DNA of 64,000 bases from an uncultured Gemmatimonadales bacterium (GCA_964556695.1 CAZKXZ010000023.1:1174-65173), one strand, 5' to 3'; counted from the stretch's first letter, positions 53,231 to 62,305 are shown. Program-made: numbers and translations. The notes: generated by a model not told the origin, from the sequence alone.

Positions 53231-53522
53231 TAACATGAGCAAACTGGAAAAAGATGAAGCGATACTTGCGGCTGAGGTCGAAAGGGGTGAGTGGACTCGC
53301 GTTGGAGGCACGCGCGCCAGTCCGGAGCGGAAGAAGTATCAACGCTACGCTGAAGCAACTTTCAAAAAAGACCGGCGTGTGAACATCAGGATCTCAAGCA
53401 AGGATCTGGACGCGATTCAAAAACGTGCTATCGAGGAGGGCATTCCCTATCAGACGCTGATTGCCAGCCTGTTGCACAAATACGTTAGCGGGCGGCTGGT
53501 GGAGAAGCGAGTGGCAGGCTAA
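53223..53522 (+). CDS. brnA: BrnA antitoxin (CopG/RHH-like)
   Basis: VNIRISSKDLDAIQKRAIEEGIPYQTLIASLLHKYVSGRL is the BrnA C-terminal signature. 8-nt overlap with brnT. Confidence 0.8.
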   Translation: MSDNMSKLEKDEAILAAEVERGEWTRVGGTRASPERKKYQRYAEATFKKDRRVNIRISSKDLDAIQKRAIEEGIPYQTLIASLLHKYVSGRLVEKRVAG

Positions 53523-53583
53523 ACCGAGGCCGTCGCAACGAACCCCCTCGCGAAGTCGATGTACATGCGGGTAGAATAGGACC

Positions 53584-55209
53584 ATGCAATTGCACACCTC
53601 GTTCTCCATCGCTGCTTTGGCGCTGATCGTCTGCCTCGAGCCCGCGACGCCGTTGGCGCGGACGGTCCCGGCCACGCAGTCGGATTCGCTGCGCGCCGCG
53701 CACGTTCTCAACCGGCTCACCTTTGGCGCTCGACCAGGCGATCTCGAAACTGTCATGGCAATGGGCGTGGATCGCTGGATCAATGCGCAGCTCAATCCGG
53801 AAACGATCAGCGATTCATCGACCTTTACCCAGGCGGCCGATGCTCCGCCTTCGCGCAATACGAAGATCACCGCGGTGACGATGATGGGTGACACAATTAC
53901 CAACATGACCGCTGATCAGTTGAAGGGCATGGCGCTGAAATCGGTGAGACACACCGTCAATATGGTTTTCAGCCTGCCTGTCGACCCCGCAATCCTCGAA
54001 CGCATATCGAGGAACGAAGCAAGTGAGAGACAACTGCTCGAAGTCGTCACGGACTTCTGGCTCAATCACTTCTCGGTTTATCGTGCCAAGATGCCGGCAC
54101 CGGACGCACTGCGGCAGTTCGCCACGACAGCCGTTCGCCCCAATGCCTTAGGCAAATTCCGCGACCTGCTCGGCGCCGTCGCGCAGACCATCGCTATGGT
54201 TTTCTATCTCGACAACCATTTGAACAGTGCGGACTCCACGCATCTGACACTCACGGAGTATTCCAACTTCCTGCAAACAGGAAGACGCACGTTCATCAAC
54301 AATCGTGGCGGCCCCAACGAGAACTACGCCCGTGAACTGCTCGAGCTTCACACCATGGGTGTGGACGGCGGCTACACGCAGCGCGATGTCATCGAGGTGG
54401 CGCGCGCACTTAGCGGCTGGACAATCGACGTCCCGTTCGAGACCGGCGCATTCCGCTTTGATCCGAACATGCACGACGCGGAAGCAAAAACCGTTCTGGG
54501 CCGCGATATGGCCGCGGGGCGCGGAGTGGAAGATGGCAATGAAGTGCTCGATATTCTCGCGCGCCATCCTGCGACCGCGCGTTTCATAGCACGCAAGCTG
54601 GCGGTTCGTTTCGTGTCGGATACACCACCTGACGCACTAGTGGAGAGGGCAGCGGCAACGTTCATCAGAACGGATGGAGACATCCGCGAAGTGTTGCGTA
54701 CGATCGTGACCAGCGCCGAGTTTTTCGCACCGGAAACGTTCCGCGCCAAGGTACGTTCTCCAGCCGAGCTGATTCTCGGAATGCGTCGCGCGATTTCCGA
54801 TCGCAGCGACAAATCCAGAAGTACGCTGGCATTGATGAACGAGTTGAGCCAGTCGCCGTGGGGAAAGGAGGCACCGGATGGCTGGTCGGAAACGGCTGCG
54901 CCATGGCTCTCGTCAGGCGCCATGTTCAATCGTGTTGGCATCGCGGTTCGAATCGCGGCGGGTGAGGTCGCCGATTTCTCTCCCGACAGTTCGGCCGCAT
55001 GGCGAGCGCTGGCCGATTCGTCCTTTCAGCTGCAAATGGATGCGGTTATCAGAATCGTGCTTGGAGGAAGTGCATCTCCCGAAACGCGCGCTGCGCTCAT
55101 GAAATCGCAGGCATCCAATTACCCCAACGGCGCGACACAGGAGACACGCAGGGTGCTGAAGGATCTACTGGCAATCGCACTGGGATCGCCGGAGTTTCAG
55201 CGACGGTAG
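53584..55209 (+). CDS. DUF1800 domain-containing protein
   Basis: LNRLTFGARPGDLE, WINAQLNPE, FWLNHFSVY and ELHTMGVDGGYTQRDVIEVARALSGW are DUF1800 hallmarks. Confidence 0.85.
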   Translation: MQLHTSFSIAALALIVCLEPATPLARTVPATQSDSLRAAHVLNRLTFGARPGDLETVMAMGVDRWINAQLNPETISDSSTFTQAADAPPSRNTKITAVTMMGDTITNMTADQLKGMALKSVRHTVNMVFSLPVDPAILERISRNEASERQLLEVVTDFWLNHFSVYRAKMPAPDALRQFATTAVRPNALGKFRDLLGAVAQTIAMVFYLDNHLNSADSTHLTLTEYSNFLQTGRRTFINNRGGPNENYARELLELHTMGVDGGYTQRDVIEVARALSGWTIDVPFETGAFRFDPNMHDAEAKTVLGRDMAAGRGVEDGNEVLDILARHPATARFIARKLAVRFVSDTPPDALVERAAATFIRTDGDIREVLRTIVTSAEFFAPETFRAKVRSPAELILGMRRAISDRSDKSRSTLALMNELSQSPWGKEAPDGWSETAAPWLSSGAMFNRVGIAVRIAAGEVADFSPDSSAAWRALADSSFQLQMDAVIRIVLGGSASPETRAALMKSQASNYPNGATQETRRVLKDLLAIALGSPEFQRR

Positions 55210-55217
55210 GCCCGAAT

Positions 55218-55231
55218 GACACGGCCGTGTC
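55218..55231. terminator. Short palindromic hairpin between convergent genes (possible weak bidirectional terminator)
   Basis: GACACGGCCGTGTC followed by TGTTTAT. Lies between stops at 55209 (+) and 55235 (-). Confidence 0.35.
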
Positions 55232-55234
55232 TGT

Positions 55235-56368
55235 TTATCGCTGAATGCGAAGAGCTACAAGGTAGGCCAGGCCGTCAGCATCTCGTGTGAACGCATAGAT
55301 ACGATCGTTGGTGATTACGACTATCTGACTCGACTCAATGGGCACCGCTCCCTCGGCTTCTGCCAGCAGCGCGCCGGTCGGGGAAAACACCTCGAATATT
55401 CTGCCGTCGGTAGCTGTGGCGCGCTCGACCCAGAGTCGCGCGGTGCGATCCAGTCGCACTGCTTCATAGTACGGGAGCTGTCTCGGGATCTTTTCGAAAT
55501 CAGGGAATGCAGCGCCAATTTCCGCGGCATGTTTCCTGATGCCTTCGATCGTCTCTGCTCGCTTGCGTTCCGGTACCGGAAGACGCGGTCCGCGCAGTTC
55601 AATGGTTGCAGCGTCGGCGCAGCTGTCGGCAGTGCGCCGAATGATGCGGCGGAAGTCAGGTGGCATTCCGAACCATGTGGTTCCGTCGGATGCGGTCACG
55701 ATCGGATACGGCGGTCTGATGAAGGGGATCGTCATCATTGTTGTTGCCGTCCCGCCAGCTCCGGTCAATGTGAACGTCACGTCTGCTGCGACAGGAGGAG
55801 GAGTCGCTGAAGGACACGCGGCAATTGCACTGGTGTCTGCGCGGGCAAGATCAGTGGACCAAACTCTTCGCGCGCTTCGATTGGGAGCTGTTGGTGCGTC
55901 GCGTACTCTGATTACCTCCTCCAGTCTTCCAGTACCATTGAAGCGACCGTCCCAGACAAAACCATATCCCCAGAATTGCATGGGGATTGTCCGTACGAAA
56001 TCACCGGTGGGAGACAGCACGGTGAATCTTGAATTGCCCGGATCGTTGACCACGATCTGCCCATTGGGAGCCACCGCAAAACCATTGGCGCGCTGGAACT
56101 CGCCTGGCCCTTCACCTTTGCGTCCCACGGTTCGCATCGGTGCGCCGCGTGCATCGAGGAAGTGAATCTGTTGATCCTTGGAGTCAAGAATTAGAAGTCC
56201 GCCATTGCTCAGCAGTTCGATGTCGCGCACATCGAGGAATGAATGCGCACCCGTGGCAGCGCCGCCGACTCTCCATTCTTCAACGAGTCGCCAGCGCGCA
56301 TGTTGCTGTGCAGTGGCCACGACCGTTGCAGTCGCAACAAGGAATAGTGCGACTGCTGCGCGGAACAT
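55235..56368 (-). CDS. Secreted 6-bladed beta-propeller family protein, paralog P5
   Basis: Signal peptide. IHFLDARGAPMRTVGRKGEGPGEF motif. C-terminal LVALRIQR. Confidence 0.75.
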   Translation of the reverse strand: MFRAAVALFLVATATVVATAQQHARWRLVEEWRVGGAATGAHSFLDVRDIELLSNGGLLILDSKDQQIHFLDARGAPMRTVGRKGEGPGEFQRANGFAVAPNGQIVVNDPGNSRFTVLSPTGDFVRTIPMQFWGYGFVWDGRFNGTGRLEEVIRVRDAPTAPNRSARRVWSTDLARADTSAIAACPSATPPPVAADVTFTLTGAGGTATTMMTIPFIRPPYPIVTASDGTTWFGMPPDFRRIIRRTADSCADAATIELRGPRLPVPERKRAETIEGIRKHAAEIGAAFPDFEKIPRQLPYYEAVRLDRTARLWVERATATDGRIFEVFSPTGALLAEAEGAVPIESSQIVVITNDRIYAFTRDADGLAYLVALRIQR

Positions 56369-56376
56369 CTTCGCTC

Positions 56377-57315
56377 CTAATTACTCATATGCTTCTTGAA
56401 CCACGCAACGGTGAGTGGCCACGCGGCCTTGGAAGCCTCGAAGTTCGGTCCACCGGCGGCTTCCTGCTGTCTCAGGAATCCATGAGCGGCTCCCGGAAAC
56501 ACGTGCGGCTCATAAACCTTGTTGCGGCTCTTCATCGCAGAGTCAGTTGCTGGAACGTTCGCCGTGATGCGCGCATCGTTTCCACCATAAAGCCCCAGCA
56601 CCGGTGCGCGAATCGCAGCCATTGAATCGGCCGGAGGAGGGCTGCCGTAATACACAACCGACGCGCCCAGCGTGGGCGAGTAAATACCGTGAGCGAAGGA
56701 ACGCTGCCCGCCCCAGCAGTATCCTACTATGCCATACTTCGGCCCCGCATTCGGCAAGGCCAGTCCGTACGCTGCGACAGCTTTGAGTGACGCGCGCACT
56801 TCAGCATCGGTGAGTGATGAAATCGCGGGGCCACCAGTACCCGGCGCCCATTCAGCTTTGAGATCCCCAGTGCGCTTCATCGTAATGAGGTCCGGCGCAA
56901 TCGCAATGAATCCGTCGGCCGCAAGCTGGTCGGCTACACCACGCGTCCAGATATTGAGTCCCATGTTTTCGTGAATCACAACTACTACTGGTGCACGCGC
57001 AGTACTCTGCGGAAAGACAACCCACGCAATCACACTGTCGGTCGCGCCAACCTTGATAATCCTCCACTCGGCGCGACGCGGAGAAGCTGCAACGCGCGCT
57101 GCGGCATCGGCTCCCGAAGCTGGAATACCAGCTGCCTGCGATGCGCGCCCGTCTGTGGGCTCACCATCGATGTGCGCTACGGCCGAATGAGTTGCCTGAT
57201 CTATTGCACCAGCGTTCCCCGTTTGCGATCCAGCCACAATGGCCAAGGTGGCGATGAGAACGATCGCAGAAAAAGTCAGAGCAATGGAAGTGAAAGGGGA
57301 AGGGAGGGGGCGCAT
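56377..57315 (-). CDS. Dienelactone hydrolase family protein (secreted)
   Basis: VVVIHENMGLNIWTRGVADQLAADGFIAIAPDL, nucleophile motif GYCWGG, and C-terminal GAAHGF. Confidence 0.85.
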   Translation of the reverse strand: MRPLPSPFTSIALTFSAIVLIATLAIVAGSQTGNAGAIDQATHSAVAHIDGEPTDGRASQAAGIPASGADAAARVAASPRRAEWRIIKVGATDSVIAWVVFPQSTARAPVVVVIHENMGLNIWTRGVADQLAADGFIAIAPDLITMKRTGDLKAEWAPGTGGPAISSLTDAEVRASLKAVAAYGLALPNAGPKYGIVGYCWGGQRSFAHGIYSPTLGASVVYYGSPPPADSMAAIRAPVLGLYGGNDARITANVPATDSAMKSRNKVYEPHVFPGAAHGFLRQQEAAGGPNFEASKAAWPLTVAWFKKHMSN

Positions 57316-57427
57316 GGGTTAGCTCCTGTGGTGGTCGACTTCCAATTCTCAGCCCGGCAGACCGGTACGCGGCCATGTCATAGCTAAACGCCCATCGGTC
57401 TGCAGCGCAAGGGAGGAGGGATAAAGC

Positions 57428-57522
57428 GATCAATCGATCAATCGATCAAGTGATCAAGTGAACAAATGATCGAGATCTCAGATCGCAATCACTTGTTCAC
57501 TTGATCATTTGTTCATTTGATC
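57428..57522. repeat. AT-rich degenerate octamer tandem array with 9 GATC sites and an internal hairpin
   Basis: CAATCGAT CAATCGAT CAAGTGAT CAAGTGAA CAAATGAT and so on. Perfect 15-bp stem TGATCAAGTGAACAA (57451..57465) / TTGTTCACTTGATCA (57494..57508). Directly downstream of the csbD stop. Confidence 0.8.
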
Positions 57523-57531
57523 GCTTCGCGG

Positions 57532-57783
57532 TCAGGTGTCGCCAGGATCGTCGCGGGTAGCGCGTTTGCTGGCGCGATATCCCAATTCCTGCTGCGCCTT
57601 GCCGAACTTTTCGCGAACTTTTCCCTTGGTCTTGTCCCACTTTCCTTCAGCCTGCAGCGAACCGTCGTCCGTCAGTCCGCCTACTGCATCCTTGATGCGT
57701 CCCTTGACCTGCTCTGTGATTCCCTTGAGCTCGTTCGCGCGTCCGCGATCAGAGAGGTCGCGTTCGTGATGCTTCTTTGCCAT
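57532..57783 (-). CDS. csbD: CsbD family stress-response protein
   Basis: ELKGITEQVKGRIKDAVGGLTDDGSLQAEGKWDKTKGKVREKFG is the CsbD repeat pattern. Start at ATG 57783 (MAKKHH). Confidence 0.85.
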   Translation of the reverse strand: MAKKHHERDLSDRGRANELKGITEQVKGRIKDAVGGLTDDGSLQAEGKWDKTKGKVREKFGKAQQELGYRASKRATRDDPGDT

Positions 57784-57948
57784 TATCGCTCCCGTTTTGT
57801 GATGGTTCGTGGTGCTGTAGGAGGCAAAAGCTGTTCCGCTGGCGGAGGGCCCCAAGCCGCGAGCTCGACCAAAGGGTGGCGATGAATTGCTGTCGTTCGT
57901 ACGTTGAGTCCGGTTGCGGTTACACGTTCACTCGAACCCCGAATTCCC

Positions 57949-58407
57949 ATGCTTCGCATCTCGCTGGCGGCAATTCACCTGCTCGCACTCGGCATTGGTC
58001 TTGGTGCTGTTCTCACGCGGGGCACAGTGTTGCGCGGCAAGGTTGATGCTACCGCGATGCGCTTGGTAATGCGTTACGACATGTTGTGGGGGATATCCGC
58101 TGTGCTCTGGATAACAACCGGAGTGTGGCGCTACCTGGGATCAATCGAAAAGGCCACATCCTACTACAATGGCAGCCACCTTTTCCTGACGAAGATGGGG
58201 CTCCTGTTGCTGATTCTCATATTGGAAGTGAAGGCCGCGCGCACGCTGGGTGGCTGGAGGAAAAAGCTTGCGGCCGGCGGCGCTGTTGGTGACATCGTGA
58301 CCGAAGATGCGGCGCGTGGGATTGCGAAGATCAGTCACATTGAGGCTGGGATTGTGGTGATTATGGTGTTTCTGGCGGTTGCCATGGCGAGGGGCTACGG
58401 TGGTTGA
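57949..58407 (+). CDS. Small integral membrane protein (DUF2214-like, tentative)
   Basis: Four hydrophobic segments. ATG 57949 (MLRISLAAIHLLALGIGLGAVL) preferred over TTG 57904. Confidence 0.55.
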   Translation: MLRISLAAIHLLALGIGLGAVLTRGTVLRGKVDATAMRLVMRYDMLWGISAVLWITTGVWRYLGSIEKATSYYNGSHLFLTKMGLLLLILILEVKAARTLGGWRKKLAAGGAVGDIVTEDAARGIAKISHIEAGIVVIMVFLAVAMARGYGG

Positions 58408-58434
58408 GTAGTTCCGTGGTTGGGAAAAGCCTTT

Positions 58435-58541
58435 GACACGAAGAAAAGACCTTTTTTACCACAGAGGTCACAGAGGTCACAGAGAAACAACTCTGTGACC
58501 TCTGTGACCTCTGTGGTAAAAAAAGATCTTTTCTTCGTGTC
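58435..58541. terminator. 107-nt near-perfect palindrome between convergent genes (bidirectional terminator / cruciform) containing CACAGAGGT tandem repeats
   Basis: The 50-nt arm GACACGAAGAAAAGACCTTTTTTACCACAGAGGTCACAGAGGTCACAGAG pairs with a 51-nt arm across loop AAACAA, with one mismatch and one 1-nt indel. Lies between stops at 58407 (+) and 58552 (-). Confidence 0.75.
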
Positions 58542-58551
58542 CTACCGAGAA

Positions 58552-60261
58552 CTACTTCACCATCATCGAATCCCGCCGCGCCTTAAACTCCGTCCCCGCC
58601 TTCCACTCAGGCGACTTCGCCGTCTGCGAAACACGATACCCTACTTCCAGCAGCAATTTCAGATCATCGATTGCACCAGTGAGATCCCAATCGGGCTTCA
58701 CCTGATCACTCACCTTGTGGTAGTCAATGTTGGTGTATTCGTCGCGTTTCATCTGGCTGTAGCCGGCCGGCTTACCGGGATAATCAACACCGGAATCGGT
58801 GTAGAGAGCGGGCACACCCTGCTTGGCGAATTCGAACTGGTCGCTGCGGTAGTAGAATCCCTTCTCGCTTTCCGGATCAGGCGACAGGGTGCGGCTCTGT
58901 GAAGCGGCTGCTTCGGACAGAAGGTCTTCCAGCGTTGTCATCCCCATTCCGATTACGACGACGTCGCTCGTTCTCCCCCACTGATTGAGACCATCCATGT
59001 TGATGTTCGCGGCGGTCTTGTTGAGAGGATAGAGCGGCGCCTGCGCGTAGTACTTGGCGCCCAGTAAGCCCTGCTCCTCCGCTGTGACCGCAAGGAAAAG
59101 GATGGAACGATCGGGTGGCGTTGCGAGTTTTGTAAAGCCGCGCGCCAGCTCTATCAGACCAGCGGTGCCGCTGGCATTGTCGACGGCGCCGTTGAAAATC
59201 TGATCGCCCTTGAGTGTCGCGTCGCGTCCCTTGTGATCCCAGTGCGCGGTGTAGACCACGTATTCATCCTTGTGCGCGATATGGGAGCCTTCGATCAACC
59301 CGACGACATTCTTCGACTGCACTTCACGGATCGTCTGGTTCAGTGTGAAGCTGATGGTCGCCTTGAGAGGCACCGGTTTAAAATCCTTCGAGAGTGCAGC
59401 CTTCTTGAGCGAATCAAAGTTCTCTCCCGCATCGGACATGAGCTTGCGCGCACGGGGTTCGGGCATCCACGACTGTACCGAGACCGCTGACATATTGTTG
59501 TCGGCGGGTTTGATGTCGAATGCCTCGCGCTCGTGTCCCGATGATAGCACCTCGAATGGATATCCAGCCGGTCCCGTTTCGTGAATGACGATTGCCGCAG
59601 CGGCTCCTCTCTTCGCTGCGATTTCATATTTGTAGGTCCAGCGTCCGTAATAGGTCATCGCTTTACCGCGGAACATTGCGGTGTCCAGCTCGACGCTGGA
59701 ACTGTCCTTGCCGCGAATCGGCGGATCACTCACGAGCATCACGATCGTTTTCCCTTTCACATCGACGTCCTTGTAGTCATCCCACCCATACTCGGGCGCG
59801 ACAATTCCATATCCGACGAAGACCATCTCCGAGTTCTCGACTGACACTTTGGGAGCGACGTGCCTGCTGGATGCGATGTAATCGGTCTGTCCTGTCAGCA
59901 CCATCGTCTTGCCGCCCTGCGTGATCACTGCGGTCACCTTGGGTGTGATGCCAACGAGTGGGACGTTCTGCGTATATGTGCCGTCAGGATTTCCAGGCTT
60001 AAGCCCCAGCGCTTTGAACTGGTCCACCAGGTACGCAACAGTGGAGTCTTCGCCCCTTGTGCCGGGAAGGCGTCCCTCGAAGCCATCGGATGCGAGACGA
60101 GTAATTTCCGCGAGAAGGGTCTCGCTACTCATGGCCGCGAATGCTCCATCGAGCGCGGTACGATCAAAGGAAGCAGTCGCCGGTTTGTCGGTGCCGCCGC
60201 ATGCGGTGACGAAGGAAGTCAACATTCCAACTACGAGTACTCGCCTTATTTGTGGCTTCAT
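58552..60261 (-). CDS. M28 family aminopeptidase lipoprotein with PA domain
   Basis: ATG 60261 ([23 protein letters not shown]). [27 protein letters not shown] and YRSDQFEF are M28 zinc-site motifs. Confidence 0.9.
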   Translation of the reverse strand: MKPQIRRVLVVGMLTSFVTACGGTDKPATASFDRTALDGAFAAMSSETLLAEITRLASDGFEGRLPGTRGEDSTVAYLVDQFKALGLKPGNPDGTYTQNVPLVGITPKVTAVITQGGKTMVLTGQTDYIASSRHVAPKVSVENSEMVFVGYGIVAPEYGWDDYKDVDVKGKTIVMLVSDPPIRGKDSSSVELDTAMFRGKAMTYYGRWTYKYEIAAKRGAAAAIVIHETGPAGYPFEVLSSGHEREAFDIKPADNNMSAVSVQSWMPEPRARKLMSDAGENFDSLKKAALSKDFKPVPLKATISFTLNQTIREVQSKNVVGLIEGSHIAHKDEYVVYTAHWDHKGRDATLKGDQIFNGAVDNASGTAGLIELARGFTKLATPPDRSILFLAVTAEEQGLLGAKYYAQAPLYPLNKTAANINMDGLNQWGRTSDVVVIGMGMTTLEDLLSEAAASQSRTLSPDPESEKGFYYRSDQFEFAKQGVPALYTDSGVDYPGKPAGYSQMKRDEYTNIDYHKVSDQVKPDWDLTGAIDDLKLLLEVGYRVSQTAKSPEWKAGTEFKARRDSMMVK

Positions 60262-60340
60262 GTTCACGACGGTTCTCCTTGGGGGCGTTCGGTCAGGAGA
60301 AAATGCCGATAAGGCCAGATCATCGCAATCAGTGCAACTT

Positions 60341-60397
60341 GAGAGTGGTTTTCCAATAACCAATCTCCTCTCCAATATCCAATATCCACTCTCCAAT
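60341..60397. repeat. Degenerate heptamer array (TCCAATA-type) with 5 CCAAT motifs inside an 8-bp inverted repeat
   Basis: GAGAGTGG (60341..60348) and CCACTCTC (60386..60393). CCAAT at 60353, 60360, 60372, 60379 and 60393. Sits in a divergent intergenic region. Confidence 0.6.
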
Positions 60398-60522
60398 TTC
60401 TGTCCTCGGGTGCCTGTCAGAGGGGGTGAACGACGATTCGGGGTGAAATTGGCTAGTTTTAGGGACGCAACAGGCGGACGGCATGGTTGCGGGCGCGGCA
60501 CGATTCAGCCCCAGGATGGCAC

Positions 60523-60759
60523 ATGAGCAGGTACAAGAACGAGCAGCATAGTCTGGCGCACAATGGTCGCACCTTTCACTTCATTTCCTACGAGGGTCAG
60601 GGTGCCAGTGCCAGTCAGGGTGTGGCGGCAACTCCTCCCAGTTGGTTCCTCGTTAGCGCCGGCAAACGCTGGCAGGTTATGCCGCAGGTGCCCGATCAGA
60701 CGGAAGAAGATCTGAATCGCCAGTTGGCGGAGTGGCTTGACGTCAATGTAGCCTCATAG
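60523..60759 (+). CDS. Small hypothetical protein
   Basis: ATG 60523 (MSRYKNEQHSLAHNGRTFHFISYEG). No family recognised. Coding status uncertain. Confidence 0.35.
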   Translation: MSRYKNEQHSLAHNGRTFHFISYEGQGASASQGVAATPPSWFLVSAGKRWQVMPQVPDQTEEDLNRQLAEWLDVNVAS

Positions 60760-60871
60760 AGGGACGTACTCCTCGTGTGCCAACGGTACAAGGACGACAC
60801 ATCCTCTATTTGACTCCGGTAATCGGGCAGCCTATCCCTGGGAATACAGAACCAGATACCGAGAAGGATCT

Positions 60872-62248
60872 ATGAACGCAACTCGTTTTTTTCGCGCCGC
60901 CACCTTCTTTGGCGCGATCGCCCTCGTCGGTGTCGCGCAGGCCCAGTCACCGGCGACCACTCCGGCTCCAGCAAACTGGAAACCGTTTCAGCGGGTTTTT
61001 GTCTCGGCCGCCGAGGAGAAGGACAGTGCTCTGCTGCGCCGCGCGCGGGGAATTCATGAACGTGTGCTGACGATGGACACACACGTGGACATCAACGCGA
61101 ACAACTTCCGGATCGATGCGCCGAACTATTCGACAAGGCTGCCGGGTACGCGCGTGGATATTGCAAAAATGGAGCAAGGAGGACTCGATGCGGCATTCCT
61201 CATTGCATATGTGGGCCAGGGTGTACTGGATTCCGCCGGATATGCGCGCGCGCACGCTCAGGCCATCGAAAAGATGGTGGCGGTACGCCGGTTGGCGGAC
61301 TCGCTGGCGCCAACTCGTGTCGGTCTCGCTCTCACTGCCGCGGATGCGCGCCGCATTTATGCGAGTGGCAGAAAGGTGGTCTTCATTGGAATTGAAAACG
61401 GATTCCAGATGGGAACCGACATCACCAACATCAAAAAGTTCTATGACCTGGGTGGCCGCTACATGTCACTGGCGCACAACCGTCACAGCCAGCTCTCCGA
61501 CTCCAACACCGGGGAGGGCGATGGAGTCTGGCTGCACAACGGACTGAGCGCGCTGGGCCGTCAGGTGATCGGTGAGATGAACAAGCTCGGCATCATGATC
61601 GATGTGTCGCATCCATCGAAATTGTCCATGATGCAAGCGCTGGAAATCACCAGAGCGCCAATAATCGGGTCACACTCGGCGGCGCGCGGGTTGTGCAACC
61701 ACAGCAGAAACATGGACGATGAACAGTTGCTGGCTCTGAAGAAGAATGGCGGGGTGATTCAAACCGTCGCCTTCACGTCATATGTAAAATGTTCACAGCC
61801 GGACACTGCGATGCGGAACGCGGCAGATCGCTCGCGCAACGCTGATCTCGATGCATTGCGCCGTTCATTCGGAATCACGGCTACCGACAGCGCTGCGCGC
61901 TCCGCGCAGATACAGGCACTGCCGCAGGTGAGACAGAATGATTTTCTCGAGCAACAACAGTGGATTCGTGATCGCGTGTATGTTGGTGATCCGCGAGCGA
62001 GTGTTGCGGACTTTGTGGATCATATCGACTACATAGTACGGAAGGCCGGGATCGATCATGTTGGAATCAGTTCCGATTTTGACGGCGGTGGCGGGGTAAT
62101 TGGCTGGTACGATGCCACGCAGACGTTCAATGTCACGCTGGAACTGGTGCGTCGCGGATACACCGAGGCGGAGATTGGGAAGATCTGGAGCGGCAACCTT
62201 TTGCGGGTTCTGGGTGAGGTTGAGAAAGTTGCTGCGGGTTCCAGGTGA
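60872..62248 (+). CDS. Membrane dipeptidase (peptidase M19 family), secreted
   Basis: Signal peptide. LTMDTHVDI, IDVSHPS, IGSHSAARG and SSDFDGGGG motifs of renal-dipeptidase-like enzymes. Confidence 0.85.
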   Translation: MNATRFFRAATFFGAIALVGVAQAQSPATTPAPANWKPFQRVFVSAAEEKDSALLRRARGIHERVLTMDTHVDINANNFRIDAPNYSTRLPGTRVDIAKMEQGGLDAAFLIAYVGQGVLDSAGYARAHAQAIEKMVAVRRLADSLAPTRVGLALTAADARRIYASGRKVVFIGIENGFQMGTDITNIKKFYDLGGRYMSLAHNRHSQLSDSNTGEGDGVWLHNGLSALGRQVIGEMNKLGIMIDVSHPSKLSMMQALEITRAPIIGSHSAARGLCNHSRNMDDEQLLALKKNGGVIQTVAFTSYVKCSQPDTAMRNAADRSRNADLDALRRSFGITATDSAARSAQIQALPQVRQNDFLEQQQWIRDRVYVGDPRASVADFVDHIDYIVRKAGIDHVGISSDFDGGGGVIGWYDATQTFNVTLELVRRGYTEAEIGKIWSGNLLRVLGEVEKVAAGSR

Positions 62249-62251
62249 TTT

Positions 62252-62305
62252 TCGATGGACGAGGACTGATCCACGATGGACGATAGACGATAGACGATGG
62301 ACGAA
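62252..62305. repeat. Degenerate heptamer tandem array (CGTCTAT-type, reverse orientation), copy 2
   Basis: The reverse complement reads CGTCCAT CGTCTAT CGTCTAT CGTCCAT CGTGGAT CAGTCCT CGTCCAT. It shares the block CGTGGATCAGTCCTCGTC with 36121..36173. Confidence 0.8.

Noticed and set aside
57361-57531. Considered the GATC cluster as a replication origin.
   Set aside because: I saw no TTATCCACA-type DnaA boxes. No dnaA, dnaN or gidA genes are nearby. The element sits in an ordinary intergenic region.
57428-58541. Considered whether the tandem arrays at 57.4, 58.45, 60.35, 36.1 and 62.25 kb are CRISPR arrays.
   Set aside because: The periods are only 7-9 nt with no unique spacers, and no cas genes are in the window. 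They are short tandem or palindromic repeats, not CRISPR.
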